From positions 1 to 63,469 of IMG/VR virus record IMGVR_UViG_3300045988_132430: 63,469 bases of DNA; one strand, written 5' to 3'. Shown piece after piece: positions 17,925 through 25,412 of this stretch (positions are counted from its first letter, which is position 1; each line of letters begins with the position of its first letter). Source of the DNA: a virus. The notes under the pieces are model-generated. The model searched no databases and was not told where the DNA came from. It saw nothing but the letters and a program-made list of their open reading frames with translations. Position numbers and translations under genes: made by a program.

Positions 17925-18274
17925 TGTTCACTTTCTGTTTGTTGTTTTTCTTCTTGTAGTTGCATCACCTTTAAAGCAATTTTTTGTACTGCTTCCTCGG
18001 GTGCTTCTTTTAGCAACTTTTCAAGTGCTGCGTATTCGGTTTCTATTTTCGCCTGTGCCGTTATGCTTGCTTGCTTGGGTATTGCATAGCCTAACAAGTT
18101 TATATAAGATTTTACGCGCTCGCTTGGCTCGAGTTCGTTTAGGTCGCTCATTACTTGCGCTTGCATACCTTGTAAAAGCATTTTAACCCATTCCGCTAAA
18201 TCAGCATTCCTTTTATTTCGTGTTCCCTTGGGTCTGCCCTTGGGGTTTCCTACTTCGCCTTTTCTAAATACCAT
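17921..18274 (-). CDS. DUF5681-like protein (GNPxGRPKG motif)
   Basis: N-terminus MVFRKGEVGNPKGRPKGTRNKRN. A promoter box (TATCTTTG on the minus strand) lies at about 18303-18312. Confidence 0.45.
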   Translation of the reverse strand: MVFRKGEVGNPKGRPKGTRNKRNADLAEWVKMLLQGMQAQVMSDLNELEPSERVKSYINLLGYAIPKQASITAQAKIETEYAALEKLLKEAPEEAVQKIALKVMQLQEEKQQTESEQ

Positions 18275-18322
18275 AATTGTGTTATATTTGTTTATTATAC
18301 TTGCAAAGATAGTGCTTTATTG

Positions 18323-19051
18323 TTATATATTACTTCTTTGTTTCTCTTGAAATTGTTTGAACTCATCAGACAAAGAAAAATTTTGCTTTGTTTGGTGTAG
18401 TGGCTGCTTTGTTCTCTCGTCTTCTTTCAGCCAATAAAGACAAAAGTTTTGTATTTCCTTTAGTGTGGCTTTTGTGCAAAATAAGTCCATCACGTATTGG
18501 CAAAATCTTGGAGCGTTTTTGGCTGCTGCTTCTGTATGGTATTGTATTTTTCCAAATGGTGTTGAGGCTTCAAAGATTTTGCTTTCTTGTGTCGTTGGGG
18601 TGCTGCTGCTTGTAGTGCTATTTTTATTACATTGTGTAGTACTATTTTTATTACATTGTGTAGTACTATTTTTATTACCTTGTGTTGTACTATTTTTATT
18701 ACCTTGTGTTGTACTATTTTTATTACCTTGTGTTGTACTAAATTTATTACCTTGTGTTGTACTAAATTTATTACTAATAAGGAATGTATAAGTACTTGAT
18801 TTGCTTTTTGTTGTGGAGTATTTTATAATACCTTTTTTGCTTAGTGTTTCGCGTATTTTCAAAAGGTGCGTTTTACAAGTTGTTCCATACCTTTTGCAAA
18901 CCTCTTCAAGAGTGGCTACAAATTGCCCTTTCTCGTTCGCTCTCTCTTGGTATAAACCAATTAGAGCAAATAAAAGTCTTGTTTCGCTCGAAGTGTACGC
19001 GCTTGCTTTGTCGTTCTTTAGAATGGTTTTTAAAATCTTTGTTATATCCAT
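18323..19051 (-). CDS. Winged-helix Rep/initiator-like protein with an internal STTQGNK tandem repeat
   Basis: N-terminal wHTH-like region (ATLEEVCKRYGTTCKTHLLKIRETLSKKGII), then seven 8-aa repeats. An iteron array lies nearby. Confidence 0.45.
   Translation of the reverse strand: MDITKILKTILKNDKASAYTSSETRLLFALIGLYQERANEKGQFVATLEEVCKRYGTTCKTHLLKIRETLSKKGIIKYSTTKSKSSTYTFLISNKFSTTQGNKFSTTQGNKNSTTQGNKNSTTQGNKNSTTQCNKNSTTQCNKNSTTSSSTPTTQESKIFEASTPFGKIQYHTEAAAKNAPRFCQYVMDLFCTKATLKEIQNFCLYWLKEDERTKQPLHQTKQNFSLSDEFKQFQEKQRSNI
18613..18780 (-). repeat. 24-bp x 7 in-frame tandem repeat (encodes STTQ(G/C)NK(F/N))
   Basis: Contiguous units TAGTACTATTTTTATTAC(A/C)TTGTG with a few substitutions. Confidence 0.9.
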
Positions 19052-19456
19052 TGTTTTGCCTTTTAAGTTTGTTGTTATTCGTTTTGTGGGCGTTTTGCCG
19101 TGCTTGTGGGTACTTGTTAAGCCTCAGCCGTAAAACTCGCTAAAATCGCAAATTTGCCAAAAATAACGGCTTTTGTTGTTGAGGCTTCGGAATGGTCTTG
19201 CACTCTACAAAGTTTGTACTAACTTATAGTGCAAGGCTATTCCGTTTGTGTTGTAAACTCTCCCACAATCGGATAAATAGGAGAGAGCAAAGCGACCGAC
19301 CCCCATAAACCCCCTATAAATTTATTTCTTGTTTCTTGTTGAGGCTTTAAATAGCTTAAATTTAGTGCTTTGTTTTCGCTCTAAGGGCGTTTTGTGCGTT
19401 TTGTGGTATCTTGTAAGCCTCAGCACAAAATAACGGCTTAAAACGCAAATTTTAAG
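19052..19456. other. 405-bp structured non-coding region (repeat units plus long hairpins)
   Basis: Contains two AAGCCTCAGC and two GTTGAGGCTT copies, a 16-bp stem 19189-19204/19228-19243 with two G-U pairs, and a 6-bp stem 19258-19263/19280-19285. Confidence 0.6.
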
Positions 19457-19888
19457 CTATTGCCTAAAAAGTAGCCCCATATCTACAGAAAAGGGGGTAA
19501 TACAAAATTCTACCCTTGGGCGTTCCTTGTCTGTTCGCTTTTCCGCATTTATCTTGCAGCAAAAGCAATCATTTGTAATTGCTCCTACATATTGCAAACA
19601 ATCTAAAAGCGTTTTTAATGCGTTGTCTAAATCGTTTTTTGTAGTTGCAAAATACACTACTACATTCAAGGCAAAAGGTGTGTTTATCTGTTTACCCTTG
19701 TATATTTTGCATTGCTTTATAAAACTTTGTTCATACCTCCTTAGTTTGTCGGTTTTGATTATTCGCCTTTTGCCGTCCTTGTCGGGCACTGCTTGGTAGT
19801 TGTTAGCCTTGCCAATTACTTGCCCCCAAATTATCTCTGTTTCCATCGTGAAGCGTTTTTGTGTTGTTGTTGTTGAAATTCTTCGCAC
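19457..19888 (-). CDS. rusA: RusA-like Holliday junction resolvase
   Basis: 143 aa. The pattern ...NDLDNALKTLLDCLQYVGAITNDCFC... and the length fit the RusA family. Confidence 0.5.
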   Translation of the reverse strand: MRRISTTTTQKRFTMETEIIWGQVIGKANNYQAVPDKDGKRRIIKTDKLRRYEQSFIKQCKIYKGKQINTPFALNVVVYFATTKNDLDNALKTLLDCLQYVGAITNDCFCCKINAEKRTDKERPRVEFCITPFSVDMGLLFRQ

Positions 19889-19997
19889 GTGCGAACACCA
19901 ACAACAGCAACAAAAATAACGAAGTATGAGTTATTTTTTTCTGTTGTTGGGTTATATATCATATTTCATATATCATATTTCATAAAGGTTTGCTTTC

Positions 19998-20072
19998 GGT
20001 TTCCCTTTGGTTTCCCTTTGGTTTTCCTTTGGTTTCCCTTTGGTTTCCCTTTGGTTTTCCTTTGGTTTTTTT
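19998..20072. repeat. Iteron-like array: 11-bp GGTTT(C/T)CCTTT x 6 plus a partial unit (33-bp super-repeat x 2)
   Basis: Read directly from the sequence. It is preceded by an AT-rich tandem TATATCATATTTCA x 2 (about 19955-19985). Confidence 0.85.
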
Positions 20073-20121
20073 ATTAGTTGTTATTTGTTGATATTCAAGC
20101 AAAAAAAGTTGTTTTTTTATT

Positions 20122-20679
20122 TTACCTATACCGCCCTTTTTTCCACTCGTTTTTTCTGTTTTGTAGTTGTATTCTTTCCCAATCTAAAAAGTGTGCCTTT
20201 ATATCGTTTTCGCTTGTATGTCGTTTCCCTTTAAATTGGCATTCGTTGAAAAAGTTATCAAAATCTTCATCGCTCCTATAGCATGCCATAGTATCACCAC
20301 CAAAGGGGGAACAATCAAGCCAAGACGATAGAAAATTTTCATCAGTTTTCAGCCGTTCAAAAATAGCCTTTTCTTCATCGTGCGAAAGGTATTTTTTTTC
20401 CTCTGTTTTCGCTTCTTCCTTTTCTTTCGGTCTACCTCCTTTTTTGCCGTTTGCTATACATTTTTCGTATCGTGTTTTACCCTCATCAAGCATATTTTTT
20501 AAAGCGTGAAAGACAATATTTTTAATTACGTCTTTTTGGTCTGGTGTTTTGCCTTCTCTTACGTAATAGTAAAGCATTTTTAAACATTGCCATGCTTCAG
20601 CCTCATTGGTTGTTGCAACGCTGTCTAACACGTTTAAAACTTGTTCGGATATTATTAAATTAGCCTTTTTATCTTCCAT
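20122..20679 (-). CDS. Replication-organizer-like protein (DUF6291-like N-terminus, GGRPK motif)
   Basis: 185 aa. The N-terminal region resembles that of the outer phage protein 53486-54421 (both carry a KGGRP(K/R)K motif). Confidence 0.4.
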   Translation of the reverse strand: MEDKKANLIISEQVLNVLDSVATTNEAEAWQCLKMLYYYVREGKTPDQKDVIKNIVFHALKNMLDEGKTRYEKCIANGKKGGRPKEKEEAKTEEKKYLSHDEEKAIFERLKTDENFLSSWLDCSPFGGDTMACYRSDEDFDNFFNECQFKGKRHTSENDIKAHFLDWERIQLQNRKNEWKKGRYR

Positions 20680-20681
20680 GC

Positions 20682-20975
20682 TTAAACGTTGCTTTTGGTG
20701 TTACTACTCGTTTGGTGCTTTCTTCTGTTTGCTCTTCTTCGGTCGCTCCTCCGTTTCTCGCTCTTTTGCTTTTCGATGATAGGGCGCAAAACCTTTGTGT
20801 AATATTCGGCTTGCTCCTCGTCTAAATCTCCTTTTTGGGGTTCTACTCCCTTAAATCCATAATCGCAAAAGGCTTTCAAAAGTTGGAATGCTCTTGCACC
20901 TCCGAAAAGGTTCATTTCTACCGCCAAATAAGGGGGTACTTTTATTTTGTCAAGTAATACGTTATCTTTTTCCAT
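20682..20975 (-). CDS. Hypothetical protein with an Arg-rich C-terminus
   Basis: 97-aa ORF with the tail KSEKRRSDRRRANRRKHQ. Confidence 0.5.
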   Translation of the reverse strand: MEKDNVLLDKIKVPPYLAVEMNLFGGARAFQLLKAFCDYGFKGVEPQKGDLDEEQAEYYTKVLRPIIEKQKSEKRRSDRRRANRRKHQTSSNTKSNV

Positions 20976-21180
20976 TGTTTTTTTGTTAGTGGTTTGTTGG
21001 TTTGAGCCTCAACACTTCAAAAAGTGCTTTATTTGCCTATTTGCTTTTAGTTTTAGCGTGCTTTGTGTGCTCGGTGGTAGTTTGTACACCTTACACACAA
21101 AAACGCTCTTAGAACAAATAAAAAGCCCTTTTAGGTGTTGAGGCTATAAAGTTGGTAAGTTATTTGCCATTGTTGAGGCT

Positions 21181-21486
21181 TCAAAGTGCGTTTTGTCTTT
21201 CGTTCAAAAGTGCATTTATATCGCTTTGTTTGTAGTAGTTCTTGTTACCTAATTTTATAGGCTTTAAGTACCCACGCTTAGCCCATACCCAAAGAGAAGA
21301 TTTTTGCACGTGAAAAATAGCCCTTACTTCCTCAGTTGATAGCAAATTTTCTTTTGTTGTACTCTTGTTTTCGTTCGCTTTAAGTTGTTCCATAAATTCA
21401 GCCATCATAGAACTAAACACACTTTGCAAATCTTCTTTTGTTATCATAAAGATTTGGCTTGCGTTTGTAATTGTTTTAGCATCCAT
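21181..21486 (-). CDS. Excisionase-like HTH (MerR/HTH_17-type) protein
   Basis: LSTEEVRAIFHVQKSSLWVWAKRGYLKPIKLGNKNYYKQSDINALL. It lies immediately downstream of the integrase. A -7 box TATATTTG sits at 21543-21550 on the minus strand. Confidence 0.6.
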   Translation of the reverse strand: MDAKTITNASQIFMITKEDLQSVFSSMMAEFMEQLKANENKSTTKENLLSTEEVRAIFHVQKSSLWVWAKRGYLKPIKLGNKNYYKQSDINALLNERQNAL

Positions 21487-21611
21487 ATTTGTAAATATTT
21501 TTCTATTTGTTTTACTTCGTTTATTTTGTTTCGTTTTCGTTGCAAATATACTGATTTATATTGCTTTTCTATATCTTTTGTATGTTTTTTTATTGTAAAT
21601 ATATATCTTAT

Positions 21612-22943
21612 TTATAATAGCCTTATAACTTCGCTTTTTATCTCATCGTCTATTGCCCTATATCGTGCAAAAGCGGTGCTATTTTGTGCGTGCCCACTCA
21701 TTGAGGCAATTAAATTTGGGTCTTTTACTTGTTTGTATAATAAGCCAATAAATGTGCGCCTTGCCATGTGTGTGCTAACTACTTCGCAAAGTTGCTTTTG
21801 TTCCTCCTTTCGTGTTATTGGGTTTAATACTTGTACTTGTCGCGTGAAGCCACAAAGGGCAAAAAGTTTCTTTAGCTTTCTGTTAATCCTTTCAGTGCTG
21901 CCACAATTCGGTAAAAGGTTTGCACCCTCTTTGTACTTCTCAATGATACGCAAAGCAACTGAATGTAACGGAATGCGTAAAACGCGCCCACGCTTTGAAA
22001 TGGTCTTTTGTGGTATGTATTCCAAATAGTTGCCTATTATGTTATGTTTGGTAAGCCTCAACAAATCACTAATACGGCAACCGCAAAAACACTGAAATAT
22101 AAATAAATCGCGTATCTTCGCAAGTTCGGGGAAATCTTGCAAATCGTATTCCGTTAGCGTGTCGCGTTCCTCCCTTGTAAGGTAGTAGGGAGTGCCGTAT
22201 ATCTCGGGACTTATCTTTATACTCGCCATAGGGTTTTTGTTTATTAGTCCTTTTCTTTCGGCAAAGTTTAAAACGGCTCTAAATTTTTTCATGTACCCTA
22301 TTATGGTGTTTATACTCCTTTGTTTTGGTGGTCTGCCTTTCCTTGTAAGGTCTTCAAATGGTTTGCTTTCGTATATTTCGTGGTGCTTTGCTACTTCTTC
22401 TTGTTCGTGCTTCAAAAAGTCTTCAAAGTTGGCAATATCATTTGCCGTAAGTGTGCGAATATCCGCAAAGTGTGTTGTTTTGCCTTGTGCTTGCTCGTTC
22501 ATTTTTAAGTGCTTAAAAATAGTTCTAAGTGCTTTGTAATACTCTTTGCTCCTTTTGCTCATTTCGTTTGCTTTTACGTATTGTTTTATAAGTTCGCAAA
22601 TGTCGTATATATTACCGCCATCCGTGCAAAGTTCACAAAATACTTCACCATTCATTGCCCTTGTAAGGTCGTGCGAGTTTTTTATAAAATCTTTGTTTTG
22701 TTCGTACACCTCCAAAAGTCGGTCTTTTGTATTTTGTATTTCGTTGTTTGTCGTTCGTCTGTATGTGTTATTGCAAATCTTTCTTGTACTTATTTCTCCC
22801 TTTTTAGAGTCCCAAAGAATAACATTTACAGAAATAGTACTTTTATAAAATAGTTGTACGTTTCGCCCATCAGACAAACGGAAACGAACAAAAGCGGTAT
22901 CTTTGCCCTTGGTCGCTCTTATTAGTGCTTTAATTGTTGCCAT
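21612..22943 (-). CDS. int: Tyrosine recombinase/integrase of the nested element
   Basis: 443 aa. The N-terminal arm-binding-like domain reads MATIKALIRATKGKDTAFVRFRL. The C-terminus carries ARRTF...GHAQNSTAFARY (R, HxxR and Y catalytic pattern). Confidence 0.85.
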   Translation of the reverse strand: MATIKALIRATKGKDTAFVRFRLSDGRNVQLFYKSTISVNVILWDSKKGEISTRKICNNTYRRTTNNEIQNTKDRLLEVYEQNKDFIKNSHDLTRAMNGEVFCELCTDGGNIYDICELIKQYVKANEMSKRSKEYYKALRTIFKHLKMNEQAQGKTTHFADIRTLTANDIANFEDFLKHEQEEVAKHHEIYESKPFEDLTRKGRPPKQRSINTIIGYMKKFRAVLNFAERKGLINKNPMASIKISPEIYGTPYYLTREERDTLTEYDLQDFPELAKIRDLFIFQCFCGCRISDLLRLTKHNIIGNYLEYIPQKTISKRGRVLRIPLHSVALRIIEKYKEGANLLPNCGSTERINRKLKKLFALCGFTRQVQVLNPITRKEEQKQLCEVVSTHMARRTFIGLLYKQVKDPNLIASMSGHAQNSTAFARYRAIDDEIKSEVIRLL

Positions 22944-23115
22944 ATTAGTATAACTTTTTGCCGTTGTGCAAGTTCTTTATTTTTGCACAACACAAACAGA
23001 AACAAAGCAAAAAACGAAAGAAACAAGTTAAATATACCTTTCTTTGTTTTTGCGCTGAAAGTGTTATAAATCATTCCTTTTGCTTTGCTTTGTTCTGTTT
23101 TAGTTTAACTTTGTT

Positions 23116-23493
23116 CTAACCGCGCAGGAAAGTCATAGATTGAAAAAAAAAGGATGCATTGAAACTTTGTGCGCAGAACGTAATAACTTCGTTATAGCGC
23201 GTCATTGTGGTTTTCTTAGCAATGTACCATCCGAATAAAAATCTTGCAATAGAGCTGCGGAAAATGGCTTTTATGACAACCTTTTGCAATACTCTAATAT
23301 CCTTGTGCATAGATAACATCTTTTCGATTCCATTAAATGTGCCCTGAATATCCAGTTGCTCACAAGTGTTTACAAGTTCTCCAATCTCCCAAATTTGGGC
23401 GAGCGTTAGAGGTTTTATGTGTACGGGTAACAAGCCAAACCTAATCCAAGTACCCTTTTCACTAAATGTTTCTTCTGTGCTTATCTTCGTCAT
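23116..23493 (-). CDS. Tail assembly chaperone G, C-terminally truncated by the nested element
   Basis: 125-aa ORF between the major tail protein and (after excision) TMP. It ends at a TAG supplied by the element and contains a T9 slippery run. Confidence 0.6.
   Translation of the reverse strand: MTKISTEETFSEKGTWIRFGLLPVHIKPLTLAQIWEIGELVNTCEQLDIQGTFNGIEKMLSMHKDIRVLQKVVIKAIFRSSIARFLFGWYIAKKTTMTRYNEVITFCAQSFNASFFFQSMTFLRG
23119..23131. repeat. Right copy of the 13-bp att core of the nested element
   Basis: ACCGCGCAGGAAA, identical to 14742-14754. Confidence 0.8.
23143..23151 (-). promoter_or_regulatory. Putative -1 programmed frameshift slippery run (T9 on the coding strand)
   Basis: The coding strand reads GCA TCC TTT TTT TTT CAA. 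The -1 frame is open from here across the reconstructed junction into ORF 14464-14679. Confidence 0.5.
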
Positions 23494-23510
23494 TTATTTT
23501 TCGATTTTAA

Positions 23511-23547
23511 TTAAAAAGCGACACAGCGGTATGACCCGTTGTGCCGC
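23511..23547 (-). terminator. Hairpin plus T-run between the major tail and chaperone genes (attenuator-type terminator)
   Basis: 12-position stem 23518-23529/23536-23547 with one G-U pair and one mismatch, followed by TTTTT on the minus strand. Confidence 0.45.
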
Positions 23548-23580
23548 CAAAAAACATGAATGAACAATCACACAATACGT

Positions 23581-24216
23581 TTACGCTTTCGCTACTTTAG
23601 AATGGTCATGTCCCGTATTGCTTGATGTAACACCTGCATCGGGCTTCCATCGAGTAGAAGGCATTTCATCACCCGTAAGAACATCAAATACCGCTTGCTT
23701 TGTACATTCGATATTGATGTTAGGGAAACCACTCTTACCGATAGTACCAGCCTTAGTTACAACGAGTTTCATGTTCGCCCACTCGAAAATCTTTGAGGGG
23801 AACTCATCGGTACTCTTTGTTTGAATCTGGACGGCATGATTCTGCAACTTAAATTTAGGGTCTTCCTCAATATAGCCGTCTGCACCCTCCTTGTAGCCGA
23901 AGAAAAACATTGCAGCTTCCTTACTCATATCGTATACCTGAACAGTAAATCCCTCTGTACCTGCGTCACTCTGCAACGTAGCGTAATAGGTATCGCTATC
24001 CTCAATCTCGATATTGTTTGTCGAAGGTGCTTGGTCGTTAAAGCTAAGAGAATCCTTAACGATTGCTTTTAGTCTAAATTCCTCCCACTTAGAGGGAAAT
24101 GCAGGGGTAGCCGTTAGCGTATCACCGTCAAGGTTACCACCCTTTACGTTAGGTTTGTCAACAAGTGGAGCAAACTTAATATGCTCAATACCGTATGCAC
24201 CAGTTTTATTTGCCAT
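23581..24216 (-). CDS. Major tail protein
   Basis: 211-aa ORF after the tail-completion genes and before the chaperone. The call is by synteny. Confidence 0.6.
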   Translation of the reverse strand: MANKTGAYGIEHIKFAPLVDKPNVKGGNLDGDTLTATPAFPSKWEEFRLKAIVKDSLSFNDQAPSTNNIEIEDSDTYYATLQSDAGTEGFTVQVYDMSKEAAMFFFGYKEGADGYIEEDPKFKLQNHAVQIQTKSTDEFPSKIFEWANMKLVVTKAGTIGKSGFPNINIECTKQAVFDVLTGDEMPSTRWKPDAGVTSSNTGHDHSKVAKA

Positions 24217-24229
24217 TGTCGTTAAATGC

Positions 24230-24637
24230 TTAGTTTGTAAATGTTACTTGAACTCTAAGATTGACGAAGTGAGTATTATCAACGTCTTTAATGCAGTTAC
24301 TATCAGCTTCTAAGTGATACCAACTACCATTGATAATAAGCTCACGCTCGTCATCTTCGGTCGTGGTGTTCTTTGGTGGGATTAACTCCATCACGCTTTG
24401 ACTTATTTGTTGCAGTTTTAGCGTGTCAGGCATTCCGTTATTCAAGTCTGGTACGTGAATATTGACATTCACAATGCAACTTGTATTAACCCACGAGCCG
24501 TATGAGATTGAAAGGTAATTCAAGCAGATGTAAGGTAATGCGTAATTCACGGGCTTCTCAATTTTAAACACCGCCACATCTTTTATTTTCTTGCTCAAAT
24601 ATAGCGCAAGGTCTGTTACTGCTTGCATTCCGTTCAT
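24230..24637 (-). CDS. Tail completion / tail terminator-like protein
   Basis: 135 aa, assigned by position in the connector block. Confidence 0.45.
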   Translation of the reverse strand: MNGMQAVTDLALYLSKKIKDVAVFKIEKPVNYALPYICLNYLSISYGSWVNTSCIVNVNIHVPDLNNGMPDTLKLQQISQSVMELIPPKNTTTEDDERELIINGSWYHLEADSNCIKDVDNTHFVNLRVQVTFTN

Positions 24638-25113
24638 ATCTTGTTATCGTTTATGTCTTGAATAAGTTTTTTTATTTTCTTATCGAGAGAACTTTGCAAG
24701 AATGATATTACATTGCAGCCTTTCGCTTCAACGTATCTTGCGTATTCCTTTCCAGCTACAACCACGACTTCCCACAAAGAGCCTTTCGCTTCAAATTTGC
24801 TTAATGCAGTTCGAGCAGCACTCTCGCCATCAGCACTACCTCTGCCATCAAAACCACCACTTGTAACCTCCTTGCTTTCAAAGAAAATTTTAAAGCCAAT
24901 GCTTCCGCGGAGATTTCGCGTATGGTCGTCGTACCCTCCGCTATCACGTGAAGGGTAGGTATTGCGAGCATCATTGCAAGCTTCTTCGGCAATGACTGTC
25001 AATTCCCTTAGAATGCGAGTGTCAAATTGTGGTTTTTGGCTTCTATGTGAACCAAGTTTCCTCAGCACCTCATCGAAGCCAAAGCTTTCTACTTTAGCCA
25101 TAATTTTAGCCAA
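24634..25113 (-). CDS. Head-tail adaptor (HK97 gp10-like) protein
   Basis: 159 aa, with overlapping start and stop codons with its neighbours. Confidence 0.45.
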   Translation of the reverse strand: MAKIMAKVESFGFDEVLRKLGSHRSQKPQFDTRILRELTVIAEEACNDARNTYPSRDSGGYDDHTRNLRGSIGFKIFFESKEVTSGGFDGRGSADGESAARTALSKFEAKGSLWEVVVVAGKEYARYVEAKGCNVISFLQSSLDKKIKKLIQDINDNKI

Positions 25114-25412
25114 TTTCGTAATGTGACAAATCCAATCACGCGAATATCTTTATCAATAGTACCATCTTTCTTTGTAATGTGTACCAAGTCATTTTCGCGA
25201 GGGATATTGTCATTGCTCTTTGGTTTTCGTAGGAAAATCGTGTAAGAATAGGAGTAATCATGCCCATCGTTTCCGCTTATCTTAGATGCAGAATTGTTGG
25301 GGATAATCTTGCATTTACCAAGCTCAAGCCATTCAGTTGTCTCTGTAGGGTTGAGTTGTTCGTCTGTACCCTCTATTCTTTTTTGTAGTTGGATAGAATC
25401 ATCGAGTTTCAT
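25089..25412 (-). CDS. Head closure / head-tail joining protein
   Basis: 107 aa, assigned by synteny. Confidence 0.45.
   Translation of the reverse strand: MKLDDSIQLQKRIEGTDEQLNPTETTEWLELGKCKIIPNNSASKISGNDGHDYSYSYTIFLRKPKSNDNIPRENDLVHITKKDGTIDKDIRVIGFVTLRNWLKLWLK

Larger units (their letters stand above)
14742..23131 (-). mobile_element. Nested 8.4-kb integrative element (satellite-like; integrase, Xis-like, Rep-like with iterons, regulators; no virion genes)
   Basis: Flanked by the 13-bp direct repeat ACCGCGCAGGAAA. The integrase lies 175 bp from the right repeat. In-silico excision restores the interrupted phage ORF and the tail-gene synteny. Confidence 0.8.

Noticed and set aside
18613-18780. 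A regular 24-bp repeat array that superficially resembles a CRISPR or minisatellite locus.
   Set aside because: The units are contiguous with no spacers and lie in frame inside a 242-aa ORF, encoding STTQGNK repeats. No cas genes are present.
19998-20063. The 11-bp repeat array read as coding sequence (tracked ORFs 19889-20077 and 20007-20234).
   Set aside because: The translations are repetitive FPFG/LWF strings produced by the repeat itself. The intergenic position next to the Rep-like genes fits iterons better.
21385-22853. Several plus-strand ORFs (21385-22029, 22192-22539 and 22509-22853) opposite the inner integrase.
   Set aside because: They are antisense to a 443-aa integrase with clear catalytic motifs. 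Their translations are Phe/Cys/Leu-rich artefacts.
14742-23131. Two integrases could mean two tandem prophages sharing the tRNA site.
   Set aside because: There is no third copy of the 49-bp tRNA repeat. The inner block has its own 13-bp repeat, and its removal restores a phage ORF and the tail-gene synteny. Nesting therefore fits better than a tandem arrangement.
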